Below the pieces are notes generated by a model. The model had not been told where the DNA came from. It worked only from the letters and a program-made list of their open reading frames with translations, and did not search any database. From the NCBI RefSeq assembly GCF_006345805.1, contig NC_043026.1, positions 7,130,001 to 7,194,000 on the forward strand: a DNA stretch of 64,000 bases, read 5' to 3'. This DNA comes from Octopus sinensis. Taxonomy: Eukaryota. This document shows, piece after piece, positions 11,864 to 23,519 of the stretch. A program made the translations under genes and the position numbers. Positions within the stretch are counted from its first letter, which is position 1. Every line of letters starts with the position of its first letter.

Positions 11864-13146
11864 TCAGGTCATCCCGTAAGTTCTGTCCGATTTTAGCGTT
11901 TTTAAAACTGAATGAAATTTAATAGTATTTTAGAATGTCTGATGGAATTAAAAATTATTTTTATGCATTTGTGTACATTTAAACTAATTAAATATTATTT
12001 TACAGAATAATAGACTTAAAATTTCTTTGATTAAAACCCTTTCTAACATGGAAGTATCCAAAGAGCATTTAAGGCACATAATGCTTTATGAGTACAAAAA
12101 AGGAAACTCTGCAGCCGAAGCGACTCGAAACATAACACTCAGTTTATGGGAAAGAATGCTTGAATGGAAGAACTTGCAGAAGATGGTTTGCAAAATTCAG
12201 GAGTGGAGATTTCAGCTTTGAAGATGAAAATCGAACAGGACGTCCAGTGGAATTTGATGATAAGCTCCTTGAGGCATTACTTGAAGAAAATTCTGCATTA
12301 TCAGTTGAAGAATTGGCAATAAAGCTTAGTTCAAACCATACAACTGTTCATTGTCATCTTCAACAACTTGGAAAGGTTCCTAAACTTGGAAAATGGGTGC
12401 CTCGTGAATTGTCTGAAATAACTGCAAATCCCGAGTTGATATCTGCTCTTCTCTCCATTCTCTCGAACTCATTTCACCCTTTTTGGATAGACTTGTGACT
12501 GGTGACGAAAAATGGATCTTCTATCAAAATGTTGAACATCGTAAACAGTGGCTTGGTAAAAAGGAAAACGCTCAACCACAACTGAGAAGAGAACTTCATA
12601 AGAAAAAGGTTCTTCTCTCTATCTGGTGGGATTGCAAAGGAATAATTCACTTTGAATTGTTACCACCAAATGCAACAATCAATGTCTACTGTCAGCAATT
12701 AGAGCGTTTGAACCAAGCTTTGAATAAAAAAAGACCCGCTTTAATGAATCGAAAAGGAGTGATGTTTCATCTGGACAATGCGCGACCCCCACACTGCAAA
12801 GATCACATCACAGAAGATCGAAGAGCTTGGATGGAAAAAAATTCCTCATCCACCTTATTCTCTCGACCTTGCTCCTTCAGACTACCATTTGTTTCATAGT
12901 TTACAGAATCATTTGGGGAACGTAACTTTCGCAAGCCAGGAGGAGGTCGAAACTGACATTTCAGAGTTCTTTACTTTGAAACCAAAAGAGTTTTACATTG
13001 AAGGGATTAAAAAGCTTGTAAATAGATGGAAGGAAGTCATAGATAATCAGGGAAAGTACATTGATGATTAAATTTCAATTAAATATAACATTTGATCACT
13101 TGTTGTCTTTATTCAAAATTCAGACAGAACTTATGGGATGACCTGA
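11864..13146 (+). mobile_element. Full-length mariner (DD34D) transposon, 1283 bp, frameshifted transposase
   Basis: TIR TCAGGTCATCCCGTAAGTTCTGTC has its reverse complement at about 13123-13146. TA flanks at 11862-63 and 13147-48. ORF pieces carry WVPREL, VTGDEKW, HLDNARP and PPYSLDLAPSDY. Confidence 0.97.
12048..13071 (+). pseudogene. Mariner transposase broken by at least three frameshifts
   Basis: ATG at 12048 (MEVSKEHLRHIMLYEYKKG). The protein continues through ORFs 12160-12498, 12483-12899 and 12778-13071 in different frames. Confidence 0.92.
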
Positions 13147-13317
13147 TAAATACTAGCCCTTCAAATCCTACAGGAGTTGGTTTTACCTTTTATCCCTCCA
13201 AGGATGATAAAATAAGTACTAGTCACATACTGGAAACAAATATGTAGACTATGTCACACCTACAAAATTTGCCAATATAACATACGTGTTAGAAATTATT
13301 ATTTCAGCTTCAGTAAA

Positions 13318-13529
13318 CTCTCTCTCTTTACTCTTTTACTTGTTTCAGTCATTTGACTGTGGCCATGCTGGAGTACCGCCTTTAGTCGAGCAAATCGACC
13401 CCGGGACTTATTCTTTGTAAGCCCAGTACTTATTCTATCGGTCTCTTTTGCCAAACTGCTAAGTGACGGGGACGTAAACACACCAGCATCGGTTGTCAAG
13501 CAATGCTAGGGGGACAAACAGACACACAA

Positions 13530-13582
<53 letters not shown>

Positions 13583-13747
13583 TACGACAGGCTTCTTTCA
13601 GTTTCCGTCTACCAAATCCACTCACAAGGCATTGGTCGGCCCGGGGCTATAGTAGAAGACACTTGCCCAAGATGCCACGCAGTGGGACTGAACCCGGAAC
13701 CATGTGGTTGGTTAGCAAGCTACTTACCACACGGCCACTCCTGCACC
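13318..13747 (-). mobile_element. tRNA-derived SINE, family A
   Basis: On the minus strand: head with A-box TGGCCGTGTGG and B-box GGTTCAGTCCC, central CA/TA tract, GAGTAAAA-type tail. Confidence 0.9.
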
Positions 13748-13749
13748 TA

Positions 13750-14052
13750 TAGAATTGTTTGAAACAATATGTTCTGGAATTATTTTTACATTCCTTCTGA
13801 ATCATACATGTCACACTTGATGTTACTATGGACATCAAGAAGTAAAAGAACTGAATTGTTTCTGCAAGTCAGATAATGTTTACTTTCATTGAACAGTCCA
13901 AAGCAATACAAAGATAGAACTATTAATGTCTAATCATTATTTTTATTATAAATTTACAACAAATACTTTTATTGTAAACTTTTCTAGGAATATAGAATTC
14001 TTCAAAAGATGCTAGAGGACTCTCCAAAGAGTATTGAAAAAGCTGAAGCCGA
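13750..14052 (+). pseudogene. Decayed exon pair of an unidentified gene, copy 1
   Basis: Exon 13988-14052 has a TTTCTAG acceptor and GTAAGT donor and reads EYRILQKMLEDSPKSIEKAEA. The upstream segment is homologous to 18750-18850 but has stops and a SINE at its 5' end. Confidence 0.45.
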
Positions 14053-14488
14053 GTAAGTAATTCTATAATATCTTGTTTAACCCTCTCAGACTTGTGCCCC
14101 TATGTCTAACTTTACCCTCCACTTGGGTTCCTAAGCAAAATATAGATAATTGCATAAACAGCTCAAGTGTAATGTTTGCAGGCAAACTAATGGACAGAAT
14201 TACGAAAAATTCAGGAGAGTAACAATAATCTCTTTATCTTTCAACAACAATATTTGTTCAACTGAATCACTTTTTCCCTCATTACTTTCACCAGTTTGAT
14301 TGTCCAAATCACACTCACTGACTGCATAAGGGTCACTTTTTGTCCAAAGAATAAATATCTTCAATAATTTCCTCAACTCTGAAGAGTCTCAGCCATGCTC
14401 ATTTACTAGATAAAGTGCTGGGTTTGTTACACGCTCTTTTTTTTTGATTAACATGTTGGCTCCTGAGCCAATATCCTAGGGTCCCAAT

Positions 14489-14783
14489 TGTTGTTGTTTG
14501 TTCCTTTTCGAGCCGTGCCTGGCTCATAAGGGCCAGTTTCCTGGTTTCATTGGTGTATAGATTCCCTACTTGGATGGGACATCGATCCCTCATTGGTGAG
14601 TTGCTAGATGCAGGAGAAAGTTGTGGCAAATGAGTCAGCAGAAGTTTGCCATTACCTTCTGCCAGAGCTGCATGGAGCTTAGGTGTTTTGTTCATAAACA
14701 CATACATTACCTGGTCTTAGATTTGAACCTGTGATCCCTTGACCACGAGTCTGCTATTCTAACCACTAGGCTATGTGCCTCCA
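14489..14783 (-). mobile_element. tRNA-derived SINE, family D, with (AAC)n tail and 13-bp target-site duplication
   Basis: CTAGGGTCCCAAT occurs at 14476-14488 and 14784-14796. The tRNA-like head is homologous to 46619-46690. Confidence 0.88.
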
Positions 14784-15440
14784 CTAGGGTCCCAATACAA
14801 TATCTTAATTAATTTTGACATGAGCAGCGTAATATTTTAACACTGTATCATATGTGAGGCAAGGATCAAATTGGTAGTGTTAGATACCCACATCGCACCA
14901 GAAGGTTGTGTGGTACTCTAGTTCATATCACATTCTGGATACCACATGACCTACCTGTGGTCAATTAAAAATATGGGTATTTTCTATTGGAACATTTCAA
15001 AATCTAATTACATCAAAATGATGTAATTAGCAACTAGCACATTTCGTTCCTTAATTTCTGTTTGTTTTAATATTTAAATTCTTTATTTGACTATTATTTT
15101 CAGCCTCAACTTACTTATTTCTGTCTATGAAATTCTCTGTATGTACTTTTGCTTTCTTGGCGATCAAAGCAAACCGATGACTTCATGCTGTAGCCGTTTT
15201 TCTTCCTATATGATTTAAAGCATTTTTTGATATGTGGCATTTCAAAATTAGAAACGAGTTCAGAACATGCTATTCAAGTTCGTTGAAACTTATCTCCTGC
15301 CACTCGAAACAACAACTCAAATGGGATAAAAAGTACACGCATCACAACAACAACAGCAAGTGTGTGTTTGTGTGTGTATGTGTGTGTAGACTTATAATAT
15401 ATCCAATTAAGAAAATTTTACACAATCATTCAATCAAACT

Positions 15441-17084
15441 AAAATGAGATAAAGAGTGCACACTTTATCCGCCTAAACAGTGCAACGGGACCTGCTTGCT
15501 AGTCAAGTTTCTGACACCCACTTTATTGAGGCCACCATTGTTACGGGGTATGGAGGAGGGGAAATGTTTTCATTTCAAGGATGCACCTTTATCCCACGGG
15601 GTCAGACATACCGTTTAACATCCACAGTTCGCCATGTCCATCAACAAATCCCAAGGCTAAACATTATCGGTGGTGGTCATCAATTTGGGGGAGCCGTGCT
15701 TTTCACATGGGCAACTTTATGTGGCCTGCTCTTGTGTGGGGAGTAGAAACACTCTTTTGTGTATGCTCCACGGGGAAGAACATGCAATGTTGTCTATAGC
15801 GAAGTAGAAAGAAGAACAGGTCATCACTACAGCCGATATGGTTATAAACAGGTGATACGGAAGCATTGGCCAGACATATTCTCAAATTATGGCAGCATGA
15901 CTCATGGACTCTTCCTCTTCTTTATTGGATAATGCTGACTTTTCCAACAACAATGCTCACTCGGCCGATATTAGTGCTTGGCCAAGTTGCTCATAGAGTT
16001 AGACTAGAAGGGCCAGGTCCCTTATTTTTTTGTTAAGGCTGTTGGTGAGTTTTCCTAAGTTACTCCAATCTGGATCCCCAATGCAAACCTTCGAATCATC
16101 CTTCTCCAATGCAGATCTCTAATGCAATCTTATCCAATTCAAATCATTGAGTCCACCTTCTTCACTGTAGATCTCCAATGCAAACCTTCGATGCAACCTT
16201 CTCCAATGCAGAGCTTCAATGCAACCTTCTCTAATGCATATTGTAGCCTTGACTGATAGTACCCCTAGGAGGGGTTAGGACTAAATCAGGATTAGTCGCT
16301 GCCTTTTAGAGGCTCCCAGGCCCCCCTTTCGCTAGGTTAGCTTAGGCTTAGGTTAAGGCTTAGTTGTGATCCGAACATAACCTCTTTTGACACAGAAGAT
16401 CGGGAGCCCTTTTGGGCATTCTATTTTCCTTGCTGGATGGGCTCCCATCCCATGGTCCAAGGGGGGGAGGGTTAGATGTTGGGGGTAGGGTTCGAAAGGG
16501 CTGGCATGTGCATCCTGATCACCTCTGCCAGTCAAACAACCAACCCATGTGTTCCTATCACGACAATGATTCTGCAGAACTGGGTTGGGTATGAAAACCA
16601 ACTTTAAAGTATAAATATAGATTTTTTGAATCAGCAATGTTGTGTTCGGTTCAGCCCTATTTGGGATGAAAAACCAATAAACTGATGCCTTATGGGGTTT
16701 TCCATTCAATCAGGATGAAAAATTAATAAACCGATTCCTTATAGATTTTCCCACTAAAATTGGCTACACCCTATGTTCAACCATAACTTTTACCAGTTTT
16801 GTTCAAACTTGATGTCAGCATTACTTAGGACTCATGGGATCTGTGAATGCTTTAAATCTCACCCCTCCAAAAAAACAATCGATGAATGGAAAAATCGATA
16901 AAACAATTCCTTATGGATTTCCCAATCAAATTGTCTGCACTCTATTTTCAGCCAAATGTTTACCAATTTCAACAGATTACGCTCAAATTTGACGTCAGTG
17001 TTACTTAGTTTGGTTTGAAACAAAGCACTTGATTAGCTTAATAATCCTAACTTAATCCCGGGCAGTGCTGGGCTAAACAGCTAA
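15441..17084 (+). mobile_element. Helitron remnant: PIF1-like helicase C-terminus plus 3' terminus
   Basis: 15441-15806 translates with frameshifts to CNGT..LVK, HFIEATIVTG, INKSQG, FSHGQLYVACS and NVVYSEV. A 3' hairpin CCCGGGCAGTGCTGGG is followed by CAGCTAA at about 17057-17084. Confidence 0.85.
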
Positions 17085-17089
17085 TACAA

Positions 17090-19046
17090 AATATTTTACT
17101 GTGCATTTCTTGCATACCCTTATTTGCTTTATCATGAAGGAATGTTTTCTGTGTCAGGTAATTTATCTGCTGCTGACATCCTCTGTGCAACTTCCCAATA
17201 TCCAATGGCTGTTGATGTGTGCTGAGACCAAAACATTTACAGAGATTCACTTGCATTGTGCAAGCTTTGATGCCTTTTGCCAAGCAAACCTTTTCACAGC
17301 TCATCTCTTGGACAATACTGCAGTTCTGGCATCAGGAATGTTGTCAAATGCTCTCAGCCACCCACCTGTTGAATAATGCAACTGGTGGAATTTTTACATT
17401 GGTAATTTATAGAGAACTAACGAACTAGTAGCAGGGTAAATTGATGACATTCTTCAAGGAATCTCTGGATACCAATGGCAACAAACTAAGTGCTCTGTTC
17501 TTGAGAACTTTTAGCCCAGTGATATTTGAAAAATACCAGTAATCCTTAACATAGCATTTTTACCAAGGAGCATTACTAGTTCTCAATAATGTCTGCAGGT
17601 TTGAAAGTGCCATCAACATGGCTTGTTTAAGACACATGGAAACTTTTTTATGCATATATAAAACCATAATAATTCTTTTTCTTGATGGTGATGGTGGGGC
17701 AATAAAGATGTTTTTTTTTTCTTTTGCAGGAAATTAGTGGAGCTTTTTAAAGATCTACCGGTCAGTTGATACTCTTTATTTATTTATCTATTTATATATT
17801 TCTATGACATTATATTGACCAATTAGTTTGAGCATCTGAGAGAATGCCTTACTCTTTACTCTTTTACTTGTTTCAGTCATTTGACTGTGGCCATGCAAAT
17901 CGACCCCGGGACTTATTCTTTGTAAGCCCAGTACTTATTCTATCGGTCTCTTTTGCCGAACCACTAAGTGACGGGGACATAAACACAGCAGCATCGGTTG
18001 TCAAGCAATGCTAGGGGGACAAACACAGACATACAAACATATATGCACACATACATACATACATATATACACATATATGACAGGCTTCTTTCAGTTTCCG
18101 TCTACCAAATCCACTCACAAGTCATTGGTCGACCCGGGGCTATAGCAGAAGACACTTGCCCAAGATGCCACGCAGTGGGACAGAACCCGGAACCATGTGG
18201 TTGGTAAGCAAGCTACTTACCTCGCAGCCACTCCTACGCCTTGCAGTATTTGTTTTAGTTCTAAACATTTAAAAATGACTTTAATTTTCATACTTTTTTG
18301 TTTGATAATAGTAGTGCCATCCCAGGAGGAAAAATAAACCACAAAAATACCTCCATAGCTATCACAATATGACCTGGTAACATGAAACTATACTTTCACC
18401 AGACTAAGTGTTTTATGTGTCTAAGCAGTGACAATTCAACACAAATAACTTCTCAACCATCCTACCTTTCCCTCAACAGTAAGGCCATAATAGCTGGAGT
18501 GGGAGAGGGCTCCAGCCCCACTCAGCTGTTGCTTATTGTCAGCTAAGGAGACTGGAAGAAAATAATACTGAACTGTTTTACTCAGGGGCATAATTTACCT
18601 CTTAGTCCAGGAATATATAATTGTGAAGTTAAAACCCTAATTAGTAGACCACATTCCTTTATTTGTTGAGTTTTGTGGACAAAAAGCTCGACTCCTACAA
18701 AATGTGTGATCTTGTGCAGTGTTTAGAAATTATTATTTTCATTTTCCTACAGTACAAAGTTGGTTGAAAGAATTTGTTCTGGAATTATTCCAATGTTCTT
18801 GAAATATCTGAAATTTGATGTTACTGTAGATGTAGAGAAGCAAAACAACCAATTGCTTCAGAAGAGTCAATATCCAATTTGATTGAAGAGTCAATTACAT
18901 GGTAAAATAGAACTGCAGAGTTTAAATCATGAATTTTATTATAAAGTCTATCTATATACATGCTTTCATTTTGAATATTTATAGGAGTGTGAAAATGTTC
19001 TTAATGAACTGTTCGGTCGTTCAAACATTCCCAAAAATGAAGCTTT
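17090..19046 (+). pseudogene. Candidate exon chain of an unidentified gene, copy 2, partly disrupted
   Basis: Coding-like 17090-17619 ends VLNNVC-AG/GT. Micro-exon 17730-17760 reads KLVELFKDLP after TTTTGCAG. Segment from 18751 has stops. Exon 18985-19046 reads ECENVLNELFGRSNIPKNEA with a GTAAGT donor. Confidence 0.4.
17849..18240 (-). mobile_element. tRNA-derived SINE, family A
   Basis: Near-identical to 13318-13747, with a short internal deletion. Confidence 0.9.
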
Positions 19047-19074
19047 GTAAGTAATCTTATAATTTCTTGTTTAA

Positions 19075-19200
19075 CCCTTTAGCATTCAGATTATCCTGTC
19101 AAATGTCCTCTGCTTATTTATTCACATTGATTTGAATTAATTATGCTTTATCTCATAACTTTGAGGTTTCAATGACTTGATTGTTTATTTTTAGAATGAC
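19075..19200. mobile_element. piggyBac-like MITE end, truncated
   Basis: TTAA followed by CCCTTTAGCATTCAGA. No matching second end was found. Confidence 0.4.
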
Positions 19201-19260
19201 GTATGTATGCATGCATGCATTATTATTTATATGTATATATAGTGTATATATAGTGTAGTG

Positions 19261-19426
19261 GGTGGCACATAAAATCACCCACTACACTCTCGGAGTGGTT
19301 GGCGTTAGGAAGGGCATCCAGTTGTAGAAACACTGCCAGATCTGACTGGCCTGGTGCAGCCTTCGGGCTCCCCAGACCCCAGTTGAACCGTCCAACCCAT
19401 GCTAGCATGGAAAGCGGACGTTAAAC

Positions 19427-19458
<32 letters not shown>
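19261..19458 (+). mobile_element. RTE-type 3' end with (GAT)n tail
   Basis: High identity to 52370-52555 and 21290-21470. Confidence 0.85.
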
Positions 19459-19459
<1 letters not shown>

Positions 19460-19478
19460 ATATATATATATATACATA

Positions 19479-19640
19479 CAGTAATCACTCGCCATATCAC
19501 GGTTCACCTATCGCACTCTCAGTACATCATGGATTTTTCTAATAAATGTAAATTTATATCGCAGTCTCCTCAGTATATCCAGATTTCTGCAGCCATTAGG
19601 TATTTATAGTTTTTTAGATTTTAATTATTTCTGTAGAGAA
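19479..19640. mobile_element. Possible pogo/Tigger-like MITE end
   Basis: TA followed by CAGTAATCACTCGCCATATCACGG resembles Tigger-type TIRs. No partner TIR was found. Confidence 0.3.
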
Positions 19641-19664
19641 ATAAGCATTTTCACTCCTTATATA

Positions 19665-20025
19665 GTAAGTAGCTTGCCTATGAACCACATGGTTCCAGGT
19701 TCAGTCCCACTGCGTGGCACCTTGGGCATGTGTCTTCTACTATAGACTCGGGCCGACAAAAGCCTTGTGAGTGGATTTGGTGGATGGAAACTAAAAGAAG
19801 CCTGACATATATGTGTGTGTGTGTGTTTGTGTGTCTGTGATTGCCCCCTCCCATCACTTGACAACTGAAGTTGGTGTGTTTATGTTCCCATATCTTAGCA
19901 GTTCGGTAAAACAGATCGATAGAATAAGTACTAGGCTTACAAAGAATAAGTCGTGGGGTCAGTTTGTTGGACCAAAGGCAGTGCTCTAACATGGCCACAG
20001 TCAAATGACTGAAACATATAAAGAA
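19665..20025 (+). mobile_element. tRNA-derived SINE, family A, head clipped
   Basis: B-box GGTTCAGTCCC and the family body are present. Confidence 0.85.
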
Positions 20026-20527
20026 AATAAGTGTCCTGTAGATGAGTAAACAAAGAATCGCACATACTGTAAAAAGAGAAGACGTGTAATCCGAAGAATG
20101 TGGGGAGAGTTTATAAAAGCTTAAATATGTAAAAATAATAAAATAAATATATACAAATTATAAAAATGATTAGAAAAATATACAGTAGAGTATTGTTTCT
20201 ACTTCATAGATTTTCACCTTTCGTAGGGGTTTTTGAACGTAACACCTGTGATGGTTGAGGGATTACTGTTTGTATATGCGTGTGAGAGAAGTTGTTGTCT
20301 TACAAACTCACAGGTGCTGATGCTATATAAAAGGTACCCAGCACACATTGTAAAGTATTCGGCATTAGGAAGGCCATCTAACCATAGAAGCCATGCCAGA
20401 ACAGACAATCAGAGCATTGTGCAGCTTTGTTGCTTGCCAACTCCTGCCAAACTGTCCAACCCTAGCTAGCATGGGAAATGGATGATGATGATGATGTTGT
20501 GTGATATATATATATATATATATATAT

Positions 20528-20915
20528 ATCATCATCATCATCATCATCATCATCATCGTGTAACATCCGTTTCTCATGCTAGCATGGGTTGGACAGTTCG
20601 ACTGGAGTCTGGGAAGCCAGCAGGCTGCACCAGGCTCCAGTCTGATCTGGCAGTGTTTCTACAGCTGGATGCCCTTCCTAATGCCAACCACTTCATGAGT
20701 GTAGTCGGTGCTTTTTACATGCCACCGGCACGGGCATCATAACTACAATTTCCATTTGATTTTTATTTTGATGTCGATGTTGACATACTTGACTCAAGAG
20801 GTCTCCTCAAGCACAGCGGGTCACTCTACAATCCAAGGTTTGCACAGCAGGCCATCCTGAGAGCCATAAATTCACTTCATCTGTTAGGTCTTCACAGCCA
20901 CAGCATATCTCCAGA
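20528..20915 (-). mobile_element. RTE LINE 3' end (ORF terminus, 3' UTR and tail)
   Basis: Minus strand reads LWRYAVAVKT*, then the family UTR and (GAT)n. It matches the ORF end at about 23590-23625 (LWRYALIEKT). Confidence 0.75.
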
Positions 20916-20919
20916 GAAG

Positions 20920-21236
20920 AAGTTTCAAGTGTTGAAACAAGGATTAGAATCGAAGGGCCTTCGAGTCAAGCTAGCTAAAAACAAAGTCCTAATAAGTAGG
21001 AGGGCAGGCAAACCAGAAATCCCTTCAGGTAGATGGCCCTGCTCAATCTGTAGAAAAGGCGTAGGTAGAAACTCTATAAGATGTACGCAGTGTAAGCTAT
21101 GGACACATAAGAGGTGCAGCAATATCAAAGGAAGTCTAACTGGGAGGATAGCTTTTGTATGTGGCAGATGCTTGGGAGCAATAAATAATACTGAAAATGT
21201 GCAGAGAACAACTTCCACCACATTCCAGGGAGAAAA
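20920..21236 (+). mobile_element. RTE-type LINE ORF fragment (end of RT and Cys/His finger)
   Basis: ORF 20929-21342 reads GLESKGLRVKLAKNKVL...WPCSICRKGVGRNSIRCTQCKLWTHKRC...FVCGRC. Confidence 0.85.
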
Positions 21237-21264
21237 ACTATTATTATTATTATTATTTGTGGCC

Positions 21265-21565
21265 GATGCCAGACTCCCCTGGCACCTGTGCCGGTGGCAC
21301 GTAAAAAAGCACCCACTACACTCGCGGAGTAGTTGGCGTTAGGAAGGGCATCCAGCTGTAGAAACACTGCCAGATCTGACTGGAGCCTGGTGCAGCCCCT
21401 GGCTTCCCAGACCCCGGTCGAACTGTCCAACCCGTGCTAGCGCGGAAAACAGACATTAAACGATGATGATGATGATGACGATGACGATGATGATGACAAT
21501 GACGATGACGACGATGACGATGATGATGATGACGATGACGATGATGACGATGACGATGATGATGA
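21265..21565 (+). mobile_element. RTE-type 3' end with expanded (GAT/GAC)n tail
   Basis: Family sequence followed by about 100 bp of GATGAC repeats. Confidence 0.85.
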
Positions 21566-21884
21566 CTGGTATCTACGATGACTGCAATTTGGCTCAGCTT
21601 GATGGGTCTTCTCAATCATGACACTCAAAAGGAACTCAGCCACTTTGAAAGGAACTGGGAGTTGATGTAATCGATTCATCCCCTCCCACCACAAATTTTA
21701 TATTGCCCTTGTTGCAAAATTTGAAGCCATTACATTGACCCCCTGCCCCAGTACACAGCTGGTGCCTATTTCCTTGACATCAAAGTTGACTATAGTGGAA
21801 TTTGAAATTAGAACATTCAAATTGCCACCAAGCATTTTGCCTGGCATGCTAACAATTCTGCCAGCTTGCCACCTTGATGATGAT

Positions 21885-21898
21885 AATAATAATAATAA

Positions 21899-21964
<66 letters not shown>

Positions 21965-22070
21965 AATAATAATGATAATAATAATAATAATAGTAATAAT
22001 AATAATAATAATAGTAATAATAATGATAATGATAATAATGATAATAATAATAATAATAATGATGATAATG

Positions 22071-22101
<31 letters not shown>

Positions 22102-22205
22102 TAATAATGACAACCAGGATAATAATAATAATGATAATAATGACAATCAGGATAATAATAATGATGATGCTGATGATGATGACTATGATGATGATGATAA
22201 TGATT
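21885..22205. repeat. (AAT)n/(GAT)n compound microsatellite
   Basis: Directly visible. It is the source of the poly-I, poly-L and poly-Y ORFs in the track. Confidence 0.95.
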
Positions 22206-22339
22206 AATGAAGTAAGTAAACGAGTTAATAAGTGATTGCATACCTTTTCCTTCCAGTTCAGTTCAGTTAATTAATGCATCAGTTAATTAGTGCATCGTTA
22301 CATATATATATATATATATATATTTACACACACACACAC

Positions 22340-22403
<64 letters not shown>

Positions 22404-22429
22404 GAATTATGCTGTTGAATATTTTCTAG

Positions 22430-22601
22430 CGAATGTGGTGAGGCTGTAGCGGTGACAGGGAGAGGCGAACGAGGAGGAGTAGGTGTAGAAGAGAGAGTTG
22501 GAGGTGGAGGAGGAGGACGTGGCAGCAGCAGTGGTTTCACCGGCAAGTTGGAAACCCGTCTGCACATCACAGACTTGGAGTTACTCCAAGATATATTTAT
22601 G
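22430..22601 (+). CDS. WDR49: Coding exon of a WDR49/CFAP337-like (EF-hand plus WD40 family) gene; orthology unproven
   Basis: TTTTCTAG acceptor and ATG/GTAAGT donor. Reads ECGEAVAVTGRG...GFTGKLETRLHITDLELLQDIFM. The end resembles, from memory, WDR49 [20 protein letters not shown]. It joins in frame to 62412. Confidence 0.6.
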
Positions 22602-23261
22602 GTAAGTAGAATAATAAAGCCTTCATTTATTCTTTCTTTCTCTCCTTTTCTTTTCTTTCGTGTGTTTTTCGTTTGTTTTTCTTCATTCTCAAACATATAT
22701 TTTTGATATTTTTGGGGTTTTTCTTTTGGCTGTTTTGCATTTTTGTGTGGCTTTTCATCTTTGGTTTAGTGAGAGAAAGTACGAGCAATGGCTGCGTGGT
22801 TATGAAGACCTGTTTGGAAGCAACAGGTTTTGAGGTCAGTTCCCTCCTTGGATGAGATTCTTCTACTGTAGCTAACCCTCCGGAAAAAACCAGTGCTTTG
22901 GAAGTGAATATGGCTGATGGAAACTGTGTGGAATCCCATGGCCAGCACCAATCATCATCATCATCATCATCATCTTCATTTAATGTCCATTTTCCATGCA
23001 TGGCATAGGGTGGAGAGTCTGATTGAAAACTGGCAACCACAGTGGGAATAGCTAACAAACATGCAGGACAATGATGAAAACAAAGACACAGCCACAAAAG
23101 AGACAAATATGGGGTAAAGCAGATGCAAATGAAAATGTCCTGTAGGGTTGGAGATGAGAGAAGAACAGATAGAAAGTGAGAAGGAATAAAGGATTAGGGA
23201 GAGAGAGTCAGGAAGGCAAAAGAGAGGCAAAGAAAGAGAAAGAAACAAATATATATATATA

Positions 23262-23510
23262 TATGGAACAAACTGCCGGCATCAGTTGTTAGTTGTCTGA
23301 GCACTGCATCCTTCAGAACTTCCATGCTTTCTGAGATTCACCAACACTACACCTGATTTTCTCCTCTCCATACACACACAAGCATGTATCTGACTCATAC
23401 ATTGTTCGCTTTCCAGACATTTCTACATTACTGCATGTACTTTATATGCACTTTCTGACAAGTTGTGGTTCACCTGAGCACTGTATAAAATAATTTCATT
23501 ATTATTATAT
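23262..23510 (+). mobile_element. CR1/L2-type LINE 3' end, heavily 5'-truncated
   Basis: WNKLPASVVSCLSTASFRTSMLSEIHQHYT* matches the end of ORF 56830-57609. Ends in an ATT tail. Confidence 0.85.
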
Positions 23511-23519
23511 GTAAGAAGT

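Noticed and set aside
13493-13762. Recurrent ORF family MSSNARGTN...QIHSQG...EDTCPRCHAVGLNPEPCGW seen many times in the track
   Set aside because: It is the antisense reading of SINE family A, a Pol III-type element, not a multigene family.
21735-22241. Long ORFs with poly-N, poly-I, poly-L, poly-Y or poly-H (also 25577-26309, 28449-28935, 33880-34762, 34929-35652, 46040-46327)
   Set aside because: These are translations of microsatellites.
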